From positions 10,545 to 74,544 of the IMG/VR virus record IMGVR_UViG_3300037264_002389: a DNA stretch of 64,000 nucleotides; one strand, 5' to 3'. Shown here one piece after another: positions 48,928-57,328 of the stretch. The stretch is from a virus (Duplodnaviria > Heunggongvirae > Uroviricota > Caudoviricetes). The position numbers and the translations under genes were made by a program. The notes beneath the pieces were generated by a model. It had not been told where the DNA came from. It made no database searches and was given only the letters and a program-made list of their open reading frames with translations. Every line of letters starts with the position of its first letter. Within the stretch, counting starts at the first letter, position 1.

Positions 48928-50031
48928 ATGGATGCCACACAGATAGCCAAAACAGGCTTTAAATTGGAGATGCAACATAAGGGTTTCAAGGCCCAATTAA
49001 TGCGTGCGCAGCGTCTTAAGGATATAGGACGTGCACATGGTTTGCCACCTGGGGTTGCAATACCGATTTGGCCAATCGAATCACTCCCAGGTGTTCCATC
49101 TAGTTGGATCAATGAAGCTGGTAGCTATGTATGTCCTGTAAGTACGAATTATGGCTTGTGGTTTGATTGGACAATGAATGATGGTCTGAATACAGCAGTT
49201 GTCCCTAGTGTTAAGGGTATGAATCCTATTACTGGTCTTAAAATTACAGAACCACGATTAGAGCAATATCTTGAGAAATGTCCGAAGCATAATATTGCAT
49301 TTAAGGATGAACTTTATTGTCCAAAGTGCAAGTATAAATGGCCAACACAATCATATGTTGCTAATCCAAATGTCCTGTGGTGGGATGGATTTAGGCAGGC
49401 TAATGGGACAGTTAGACAATTCTTTTTTACCGATAAGGATGAACGTGATATTGCATCAATTATGATCGGTAAACAAAATGTAGTTCCGGCGTTTGGTTTT
49501 ATGTTCTTTCAACCAAAGCAAAGACGTGAATATCCGAAGGTCAATATGCTGCGTGGTGATGATCTTATTAAGACACAAGGTTTCTATGGGTGGACAGCAG
49601 ATGATCATCCAAATTTAGGTTGCGCTCCAGGAGGAATGTCAGGAGGAATGTCAGCAGGTGGTAATCAGCACATAGGAGTACCAATGGCTTATTACCATGC
49701 AGACAGTCTTTCATATCAATCAGAAGAGAAGACTGCCGCGCCAATACTCGCATCAATGAATACTTCTGCGCCAAGATCAAGATCAATACAAAATCGTTTA
49801 GACAATCCGATTGCCTCAATCCGAGATGTCTCAGTAGGGGCTGGTGCCGAAATCAATCAAAGTTTACAGCGTGATCCATTAAAAATTGAAGACTGGAAAG
49901 ATGAACCAGCAGCAATAATTAGATTATACTTTGTCTTCGAGCGACAATTCCAAGATATTGTTAATAAAGGTGGAATTTTGGATTTAGAGGGTGATAGAGA
50001 GGGATACCTTAAAAATTTACCAGTTGGATGA
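48928..50031 (+). CDS. hypothetical protein with a CPKH...CPKCKYKW zinc ribbon and a GGMSGGMS repeat
   Basis: 367 aa with RBS taggagat. Confidence 0.5.
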   Translation: MDATQIAKTGFKLEMQHKGFKAQLMRAQRLKDIGRAHGLPPGVAIPIWPIESLPGVPSSWINEAGSYVCPVSTNYGLWFDWTMNDGLNTAVVPSVKGMNPITGLKITEPRLEQYLEKCPKHNIAFKDELYCPKCKYKWPTQSYVANPNVLWWDGFRQANGTVRQFFFTDKDERDIASIMIGKQNVVPAFGFMFFQPKQRREYPKVNMLRGDDLIKTQGFYGWTADDHPNLGCAPGGMSGGMSAGGNQHIGVPMAYYHADSLSYQSEEKTAAPILASMNTSAPRSRSIQNRLDNPIASIRDVSVGAGAEINQSLQRDPLKIEDWKDEPAAIIRLYFVFERQFQDIVNKGGILDLEGDREGYLKNLPVG

Positions 50032-50384
50032 TAGAATCGATCATGCTACAAGTTGGCGATTTAGTACGCTTCTCGAATGAGTATCTCAGCGGCATTGGTC
50101 GTGAGATCAATGATGGAAGATCGCGTAGGGGTAAGAATAAGATTATGCGGATTGTCGCTCTTAATAGGACAGAGGTTAAATGGTTCAGATTAACTGATCG
50201 TAGAGCTATATTTAGTCAAGTTGCTACACTTGATGTTACCAGGGAGATTAGGGCCAAATTGCCGATTTGTTTTTTGCCGATAGAAATTAATGTTTGTTTT
50301 TTGAGGTTTTACAAGCGTCCAAAGAAGGAGGATATAAATATTGGAGGATTAATTTCTCGGCCTAGGCGAGTGTTGGATTTGTGA
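50028..50384 (+). CDS. hypothetical protein
   Basis: 118 aa, overlapping the previous stop. Confidence 0.35.
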   Translation: MIESIMLQVGDLVRFSNEYLSGIGREINDGRSRRGKNKIMRIVALNRTEVKWFRLTDRRAIFSQVATLDVTREIRAKLPICFLPIEINVCFLRFYKRPKKEDINIGGLISRPRRVLDL

Positions 50385-50571
50385 TCATGCAGCCATCTGG
50401 TGTTGCATGAATCATTCGGATTAGGAGATGCCATTAGATTATGTCCGGATGAGCAGTTGCGAGACGTTAACTCCTGGTAAGAGTGTGATGCGTCTCGACC
50501 AGAGCCACATTCTATAACACCTTGTGCACGGGTGTGAATGTGGAAAATAGTAGTTTAGTGTGTTGTGAGTG

Positions 50572-50615
50572 TCCCGGTTGACACGTTATACCAGCGTGTC
50601 AACCGGGATTTTAAT
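50572..50615 (+). terminator. strong rho-independent terminator closing the rsr operon
   Basis: 14-bp perfect stem tcccggttgacacg / cgtgtcaaccggga with a 9-nt loop, followed by TTTTAAT. Confidence 0.75.
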
Positions 50616-50627
50616 AAGGCATAAACT

Positions 50628-51131
50628 ATGATCTACCGCGCACTAATGTTCGCCAAAGCAGCCCATAAAGGTCAATTCAGAAAATATACTAACGAACCAT
50701 ACGTAACACACCCAATCAGAGTAGCACACGCAGTAATGCTACATCCTATAGTGGCAGAAGATATGATAGCAGCAGCCTTCCTACATGATGTGCCAGAAGA
50801 TACCGAATTCACAATAGAACAAATCACTAACCTATTTGGACAAGAAGTAGGAACCTTAGTTGACGAACTAACAAACCAAAGCAAAGCCACCGGATTGCCA
50901 AGAGCAGAACGAAAATCCATGGATCGTGAACGCCTCAAAACAGTCAGTAAGAAAGCTAAGATCATTAAAATGCTAGACCGAATTGATAACCTTAATGAAA
51001 TGCATGGAGCAGAATACGACTTCAAGAAACTATATGTCGGTGAGTCATTATGGTTAGCAGATTCTATTGGAGATGCAGACCCAGCTCTGAAGAAAAGATT
51101 AATAACAGCAGCCAATTTACTACATGCTTGA
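50628..51131 (+). CDS. small alarmone hydrolase (SpoT/RelA HD-domain, Mesh1-like)
   Basis: AHKGQFRKYTNEPYVTHP (cf. AHxGQxRxSGEPYIxHP), AAFLHDVPEDT (HD...ED), KMLDRIDNL (cf. KLADRLHNM); 167 aa. Confidence 0.78.
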   Translation: MIYRALMFAKAAHKGQFRKYTNEPYVTHPIRVAHAVMLHPIVAEDMIAAAFLHDVPEDTEFTIEQITNLFGQEVGTLVDELTNQSKATGLPRAERKSMDRERLKTVSKKAKIIKMLDRIDNLNEMHGAEYDFKKLYVGESLWLADSIGDADPALKKRLITAANLLHA

Positions 51132-51333
51132 ACCCACCGACCTAGATCCGGAGCTAACACGTCTGCTAACATGGTGGATGAAAAACAAGCAGCGAGTCGC
51201 ATGGGCTTATGGAGCAGACCAAATAATCGTCGGAGCAGAAATAGCTTGTAATATCGAACTAACTCCAGATGAAGTATTGGCAATAAAGGACAGAAAAGCA
51301 TTTAAATTAAAGATACCAGCATTCAAGAAATAA
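51124..51333 (+). CDS. hypothetical small protein
   Basis: 69 aa, overlapping the previous stop. Confidence 0.3.
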   Translation: MLEPTDLDPELTRLLTWWMKNKQRVAWAYGADQIIVGAEIACNIELTPDEVLAIKDRKAFKLKIPAFKK

Positions 51334-51765
51334 TCATTTCTTGTACTGCTTATAATAATCAAATGGAGCTTGATTAGGTGATGGTGGCGGTTCTAGCTTT
51401 GGTAACTCTGGTGGCCCAATTTCAGGAATAGTGGGTATGGTGGTGGGTTTATTTAATTTAGTCTCTAAAGCAGTAATCTTATTGAGTAACTCAGCTTCTC
51501 TAAGGACAGTTTCATTATTAAGATCAATTATCCGCTGATTAAGCGCTACAATCTTCTCTGAGCATTCAAGTCTGATCTTGGTAATTTCAATTTGATTTCT
51601 TTCACGTTGTAATTCTGCGTCACCATCCGCACGCCATGCTTTAAAGCATGAATAACCAAGCACAATTAATGCCATCCAAGCCATAGCACTAACTAAAGCT
51701 TCGGCTACCTTTTCCTTCAACCAATTCCAATATGTCTTATTATCAATCTTAGATGATGTATCCAA
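51334..51765 (-). CDS. membrane-anchored coiled-coil protein with a Pro-rich C-terminus (i-spanin-like architecture)
   Basis: TM segment AMAWMALIVLGY, then a long coiled coil, then a PPELPKLEPPPSP tail; minus strand. Confidence 0.4.
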   Translation of the reverse strand: MDTSSKIDNKTYWNWLKEKVAEALVSAMAWMALIVLGYSCFKAWRADGDAELQRERNQIEITKIRLECSEKIVALNQRIIDLNNETVLREAELLNKITALETKLNKPTTIPTIPEIGPPELPKLEPPPSPNQAPFDYYKQYKK

Positions 51766-51768
51766 ATG

Positions 51769-52026
51769 TCACCTCTCGTTAAGCTCGTTAGGCTCGTTAG
51801 TATCTTCGTTAATTCGCTGAATGCGATTAGATTCTCTATGATGATATATGGCTTCATTAGCGCAACGAGTGCACTTATACAGAGGACCAGCCGCAGTTTG
51901 CCCCATAAAAATATGTTTTACACTAATATGGCATTTGCAACAATGGAAGTTCTGATCGCGATGAGTTTTCATGGCACCCCATAAATAATTTTTATTAGAT
52001 CTTGCACATTGTAAATTCAAGACCAC
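51769..52026 (-). CDS. small zinc-ribbon protein
   Basis: CCKCH...CTRCANE cysteine pairs; 85 aa; minus strand. Confidence 0.4.
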   Translation of the reverse strand: MVLNLQCARSNKNYLWGAMKTHRDQNFHCCKCHISVKHIFMGQTAAGPLYKCTRCANEAIYHHRESNRIQRINEDTNEPNELNER

Positions 52027-52049
52027 TAACTCGATGATATGATAAAAAC

Positions 52050-52958
52050 ATGGACAAACGACAGCAAAAACTAGAACGAAAACGCAAAAAACGCAACAAG
52101 CTTAGGCAAGAACACCTATGTAAGCGTGGTCTTGAACGGAAAAGCTTACTCCGCGATTACCTAATGCGCGGCCAATATGTCCTACCAAAGCACTGTCTCC
52201 CATCCAAAGACGACATGGACGGCTGGCACGACATTAATGCCATTCGAGACCGTGCCAAAATTATGACTAAAGCTATCGAATTATTCGATACAGACGTCAC
52301 TCTTAAAGAGTATTTGGACGGTCATCTAAACATCCACGACAACCAAAAACGAAAGAAATTAAACGAAATTTTTAGTATCGCTGCACAAGAATTATGTTGC
52401 AAACCACCTTACTTCATACCCCATATGACCATGATAGCTGATGGCAGATATTACGCACCAGCACTAAGCCTCTACCTACTCAAGAAAAAAGGCACAGGAC
52501 CAGGAACCCTCTGGTACGACCTCGAAAACATTCTAGAAATTGATTCCAAACACGTCCTATTCTCAACCCACGCCATAGAGCGCATCATAGCTAGACTGGA
52601 CCTCGTCAAAAACAAATACACGAAAAACACACTGTCTATACTCCTATTCTCGCGTATGAAATTAGGCCCAATGGCAGCAGCTAGAGGCGAACCACTACTA
52701 CAACTATATAATGAACCACTCTATGGCGATACAGAACCATTCGGATACTGCCCAATCTCATATAACAAAGACATCATAGTAGCCACCACCTACCTATTAC
52801 CAGGCATGTCTGGCACCCCAGAAGGAGTAGTCCTCAGAATGGCCGGAGAATATCCAGCAATCAACAACATTAATGATTTAGAGGAGAATAAGGAGAAATT
52901 TGAGAAGGCTGGACTACCGACATTCATTAGTGAGAAGGACGATTCACAAAAGACATGA
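52050..52958 (+). CDS. hypothetical protein
   Basis: 302 aa with a basic N-terminus. Confidence 0.45.
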   Translation: MDKRQQKLERKRKKRNKLRQEHLCKRGLERKSLLRDYLMRGQYVLPKHCLPSKDDMDGWHDINAIRDRAKIMTKAIELFDTDVTLKEYLDGHLNIHDNQKRKKLNEIFSIAAQELCCKPPYFIPHMTMIADGRYYAPALSLYLLKKKGTGPGTLWYDLENILEIDSKHVLFSTHAIERIIARLDLVKNKYTKNTLSILLFSRMKLGPMAAARGEPLLQLYNEPLYGDTEPFGYCPISYNKDIIVATTYLLPGMSGTPEGVVLRMAGEYPAINNINDLEENKEKFEKAGLPTFISEKDDSQKT

Positions 52959-53862
52959 CTCTTTGGGCTTTTCTATCGAGATATAATGTACAGTTTGTGT
53001 ATAATGCTCTTCCTATGAGTAAGGCGTCGTGACCGCACCACCAGGTATTGTAGATTAGTTGTTTTGATATTTTGTTTATTTTAATGGTTTCCTGATATTG
53101 TGTCAATACTAATTTAATGATTTGTGTTTGAACCCACTCTATTATCGGATAATGTCGGCTGCAGAATCCCAATCTTAGATAACGATTTTTATTGTGGGTA
53201 ACAGTTCCATCACCATCCCACAATCCGCGTAAGAAATGTTTCATGTTTAGATTAAGTTTTTCTAATTTGATAATGCCTTGCTTATATTCTGGCCAACCAG
53301 CTTGTTGATAGAATTCATATAATTCTTTATTATTAATAGAGATGTAGGCTCTGTCGAATGTTTTACCAGCGCATCTGACTTGACCTTTCTTTGGTTGGAT
53401 TGTGCTTTTTAATGATCTAGATAATTTATATAAGTGGCCAATATCTTTGTAAGCTAGATTTATTCTAATACGATGTGTAGTTTTTGGCATATACCCGTCA
53501 CTTAGGAAGAAACCAAACCAGTAACTGCCAGTCTCACTTGATAGATCCATAATGTCGGTTAGATCGAGATCATAATGGCGGGCAGCTGTACTTCGGTCTC
53601 GTAGTTCGACATTATGCTTCTTTAACTGCATCGCGACTACTATTGCACTACATCTGAATCTTTTTGCTATGTCATATGTGCTCATGCCTGAATTGTATAA
53701 GGAGGTAGCCAAAGTTGTATTGACCTTCATTGGCGTTGGTGGACGTGGTTTTATTTTGTTTTCTCTGAGTATTTTATATATGGTTTTATCGTTTACATGG
53801 TACTTTCGCGCTAGTTTTCTTATACCAGTCCCAGAAATGTATTCGGTGACGATGTTTATCAA
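52927..53862 (-). CDS. free-standing LAGLIDADG homing endonuclease with N-terminal HTH modules
   Basis: LRGLWDGDG and WFGFFLSDG motifs; two HTH-like segments (IRKLARKYHVNDKTIYKIL; TYDIAKRFRCSAIVVAMQL); minus strand among + genes. Confidence 0.6.
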   Translation of the reverse strand: MINIVTEYISGTGIRKLARKYHVNDKTIYKILRENKIKPRPPTPMKVNTTLATSLYNSGMSTYDIAKRFRCSAIVVAMQLKKHNVELRDRSTAARHYDLDLTDIMDLSSETGSYWFGFFLSDGYMPKTTHRIRINLAYKDIGHLYKLSRSLKSTIQPKKGQVRCAGKTFDRAYISINNKELYEFYQQAGWPEYKQGIIKLEKLNLNMKHFLRGLWDGDGTVTHNKNRYLRLGFCSRHYPIIEWVQTQIIKLVLTQYQETIKINKISKQLIYNTWWCGHDALLIGRALYTNCTLYLDRKAQRVMSFVNRPSH

Positions 53863-53930
53863 GTTTTTACCCTAATAATATTATATACTCGATGCAAATT
53901 TTCTATAAGTAATAGGAGGTAATTAATTTA

Positions 53931-56750
53931 ATGGCTAAGTTACCAGATGTTGATAATCTTGTTGATTCTCAATTTTTCCAGGTCCCTTTAAGCGATGGTT
54001 TATTAGCAGGGTTTAGCTACGATTCGCAGACTCGTTCGTTAATTCAAAAAGAATCACAGGTGATCGTACCGAGTCGCCATGGCATGACCCATGTCGCGGA
54101 GGACCCCGTACCAGATGCGTCATGTGATCTACATGGTTTGATGTCTGCCGACGATAAGTGTAAGTTGGATGCGATGTTGCAGATGCGTTTGGGGATTTTG
54201 GGTTTTCAAGGAAGTGGTTTCCCAGATGATGGTGGCTTCTTGGTTGGCGATGTTGTCTTGGCCGCTGGTAGCGAGTTTATTAGCATAGAACGCATTGGTA
54301 ATACGATCAGGTTTACGGTTGATTCTCCGTTGCCTTTGAATTGTGCGTGTGAGGAATGTGCTAGGATTTTTTGGATTCAGGATGAGTCTGAGGCTCGTGC
54401 GATTCGTCCTCCATCGTGCAATGGTGTGATGCCTGATGTTAATACTTATGGCGAGTTGAAGATTTATACCTTCCCTGAATCTACTCTTCTTGATGTTACT
54501 GATCCGCTGGCTACTTTAAATCGGAAGGGTGAATTTCCGGCGTTGGTGTTTAAGCGTTTTGATGATGCGGTTACGCCTGGTCAGAATGAGTTTGAGATGG
54601 TTCTGAAGCGTAATGCTAATCTTACTTCTAATGTTGGTTGGGCTTTTACGCCTGGTGCTCAGGGTATTGCGCAGTGTGTTTGGTTTATGGGCAATGCTAA
54701 TGATGGTTCGCAGATGAAGTTTGAGTTGGCTCCTGAGGTTGAGCCTGGGTTGTTGGGTTCGTTGTTGTTTATGGGGCATTTGATTACTAAGCAGATGGCA
54801 GTGGTTGTTGATGTTGATCAGAATGTTCTTAGTAATAATCAGTATGTGTTACGTAAGTGGGACATTCAGGGTGCCAAGCCGCTTGGTCAGAGTTTTACCG
54901 CTACAAATGTTTGGATGTATAATAATCCTGAAAATTCTCCAACTGCGATTAGTAATCCACGTACTTTGACGCTTGATAGCACTAAATCGATCATTCCGAT
55001 TGGTTCGTTGATTGAGATTTGGGAGTTCGAGATTACTCGTAATTCGCAGCAGCGGGTTACGAGGCATTTCTTTAGTAAAGAACCTCAGCTAAATCCGTCG
55101 TCGTTGTGGGCTTTGGCTGATGCTTTACAATTCGGTGATCTATTTGCTGCTCGTGAGGAGATTAATGATCCTCAGAGTGATACTGCAGTGTCTGCTTCTG
55201 AGATCGATGTGTCAGATAAGCGTTTATTGGAGAAGACGTTGTGGGGTTTGACCAATTTTGAGGATAGATTACTATTGTCCGATGATGGTGGTGAGGTTGA
55301 ATCTTCGGATGGCATTATTCGTCGTGAGCCGTCTGGTGAGCCGGTTAATAATGACATCGTGGCTGATATTGATCCTACTTTGCCTGGTTTGAGAGTGGTG
55401 CATCAAGCTAAGAGTTTAATTGCTGATATTAATGGAGATGGGATAGTAGATGATGAGGATTTAAGATTATTCATGTGTGCGTATAATACGACGATTTTTG
55501 ATGCTAAGTATAATCCTGGGGCTGATTTTAATGCCGATGGTAAGGTTGATGTGCGTGATCTCTCCATTCTTGGTCAACAGTTTGATTTGAATATTGAGAA
55601 GGTTAGCGATAGACCGGTGTTCCTATGGCATCGGCAGAATCATAAGAATATCTTGTTGAAGTTTAAGATTGGTATGCCAGATTCTGTGCAACAGAAGACA
55701 TTCCCACCATATGATTTGTTATTGTCTGCACCTGTTGATAGTTTCGATGACACTTATCTTAAGATTGTTAAGCGTGGTGTGTTTACTACTGGCCCGTTTG
55801 CTGGTTTGCCGTTTGTAGTTGCCAAGGGGATGCGTTGGGAGGATATGCCAGATCGGGGCGTACTACGGATTTTGACCGGTGCGTTTAGAAATGGGGTGTG
55901 GCCATATCAGTTTAAAGCGGCGTTTGCTAACTGGGATGACGATGGGATTACGTTGATTGGTTCTGGGGATGTTTTCCCATTCGATGAGGATTTCCCGATT
56001 GGTGATTTGGCTACTGGTTGTGATGTTGAAGCTACGGGTGCGGATGTGACGGGTTGTCCTACGGATGGTTGTCCTCCAATTGAGAGCACAGCTGCTACTG
56101 AGGTGACCGCTGCTATTTCTGAGATTGAAGCGGTTGAGGTTCCTGCAAATTCGACTGTGGTTGAATTGTTACGGCAGGATTTTACCGCTCCTTGTGTGAG
56201 GTTCCAATTTAGTGTCAATACTGATTCTGGCAGTGAGTCAGTGCAGTTGCAGGTGAAGGTTGGACTATTAGACATGAGTGTGCCATATGAGTTGAATGAT
56301 TCGATTGATCCTGTTGATGATTTGGTGCGTGGATTCCGTGCGGGTGCTGCTGTTAGTCGTGTGTTTACTCAATCTGGTATTATTACTGATGGTGTGGGTT
56401 TAGATGTTACGTCTGATCCTGAAGGTTTTAGGGTGTATTCCGGTGGAGAGTTAGATGTTCCGGTGAATGGTCAGGTTGAGAAGTGGAATGATGTTGAAAT
56501 TATGTTTAGAGATGGTCAGGTGTGGGTTTGGTGGAATGGGCTATTGATTACTCCGGATACGGTGGAGTCGGCGAGTTTGACTTCTCCGGTTGCTGTTAAT
56601 ACTCCATATTTCCCGTTGAACCCACAGGTTGCTATTGGGAAGGTTGCGTTTAGGCTGTTCCCTGGGGCTACGATGCGGTTTGTTGAGGTTAGGGACCAGC
56701 TTGAAGCTTTTACAGAATTTAGTAAGGGTCAGTTACAGCTGACTAATTGA
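53931..56750 (+). CDS. large virion or fibre-like protein with an internal dockerin-like duplicated Ca-binding segment
   Basis: 939 aa; DINGDGIVDDEDLRLF ... DFNADGKVDVRDLSILGQQF (nt ~55425-55590) matches the duplicated DxNxDGxVxxxDL dockerin repeat; RBS ataggaggtaatta. Confidence 0.6.
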   Translation: MAKLPDVDNLVDSQFFQVPLSDGLLAGFSYDSQTRSLIQKESQVIVPSRHGMTHVAEDPVPDASCDLHGLMSADDKCKLDAMLQMRLGILGFQGSGFPDDGGFLVGDVVLAAGSEFISIERIGNTIRFTVDSPLPLNCACEECARIFWIQDESEARAIRPPSCNGVMPDVNTYGELKIYTFPESTLLDVTDPLATLNRKGEFPALVFKRFDDAVTPGQNEFEMVLKRNANLTSNVGWAFTPGAQGIAQCVWFMGNANDGSQMKFELAPEVEPGLLGSLLFMGHLITKQMAVVVDVDQNVLSNNQYVLRKWDIQGAKPLGQSFTATNVWMYNNPENSPTAISNPRTLTLDSTKSIIPIGSLIEIWEFEITRNSQQRVTRHFFSKEPQLNPSSLWALADALQFGDLFAAREEINDPQSDTAVSASEIDVSDKRLLEKTLWGLTNFEDRLLLSDDGGEVESSDGIIRREPSGEPVNNDIVADIDPTLPGLRVVHQAKSLIADINGDGIVDDEDLRLFMCAYNTTIFDAKYNPGADFNADGKVDVRDLSILGQQFDLNIEKVSDRPVFLWHRQNHKNILLKFKIGMPDSVQQKTFPPYDLLLSAPVDSFDDTYLKIVKRGVFTTGPFAGLPFVVAKGMRWEDMPDRGVLRILTGAFRNGVWPYQFKAAFANWDDDGITLIGSGDVFPFDEDFPIGDLATGCDVEATGADVTGCPTDGCPPIESTAATEVTAAISEIEAVEVPANSTVVELLRQDFTAPCVRFQFSVNTDSGSESVQLQVKVGLLDMSVPYELNDSIDPVDDLVRGFRAGAAVSRVFTQSGIITDGVGLDVTSDPEGFRVYSGGELDVPVNGQVEKWNDVEIMFRDGQVWVWWNGLLITPDTVESASLTSPVAVNTPYFPLNPQVAIGKVAFRLFPGATMRFVEVRDQLEAFTEFSKGQLQLTN

Positions 56751-56751
56751 T

Positions 56752-57273
56752 ATGGATTCGTTTGATGCTAGGCTAACAGAGGCTATTAATGACATCCTGT
56801 CATCTGAAGATGCCTGGCTTAATTACGACACGACTTTCCATGACATTATTAGACGTGGTGGTTCACCAGAGCAGACTATTAATGATCTATTCATTTATGC
56901 GAATATTGGTGCAGAAACTAAATTATTGAGTTTCGAGCTGATGGGCGATTCTGTTCGTGTTGTCTTTTCTCAGTTTGGTGTTAAGCGTACGTATTACTTT
57001 TCAGTGAATGAAAGGGTTATGGATTCAATATATGTACTATCACCCAGTAAAGTTACGTTCAAAGAGTTGATTGATGCTAGAGCGCCCTTAGGCTTGGTAT
57101 TAGCTCAGGTGCTTGATTCACTGGCAGTTGGTTATACTGTTAGAGATATTGATACTGAGAATCAATATATTGAGGTAATGCATGTGTCGAAGGGGAAGTA
57201 TGTGTCCGATAAGTTTAGGTTTAGGTTTGAGCAGAGCCTGGGTAATTGGGTACGATCTTTGCTTAGGATCTAA
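56752..57273 (+). CDS. hypothetical protein
   Basis: 173-aa ORF. Confidence 0.45.
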   Translation: MDSFDARLTEAINDILSSEDAWLNYDTTFHDIIRRGGSPEQTINDLFIYANIGAETKLLSFELMGDSVRVVFSQFGVKRTYYFSVNERVMDSIYVLSPSKVTFKELIDARAPLGLVLAQVLDSLAVGYTVRDIDTENQYIEVMHVSKGKYVSDKFRFRFEQSLGNWVRSLLRI

Positions 57274-57328
57274 TCCTCTCTCCACTTTCCTAGGACCCGA
57301 ACCAGAGAACCAATGCATACATAGTTAT

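Noticed and set aside
57182-57328. The 5' extension of the glycosyltransferase ORF back to 57182 or 57200
   Set aside because: It would overlap the upstream gene by 70-90 nt and encode a non-GT-like Cys/Gly-rich N-terminus. The internal ATG at 57329 gives a typical ~356-aa GT-B protein. Not fully excluded.
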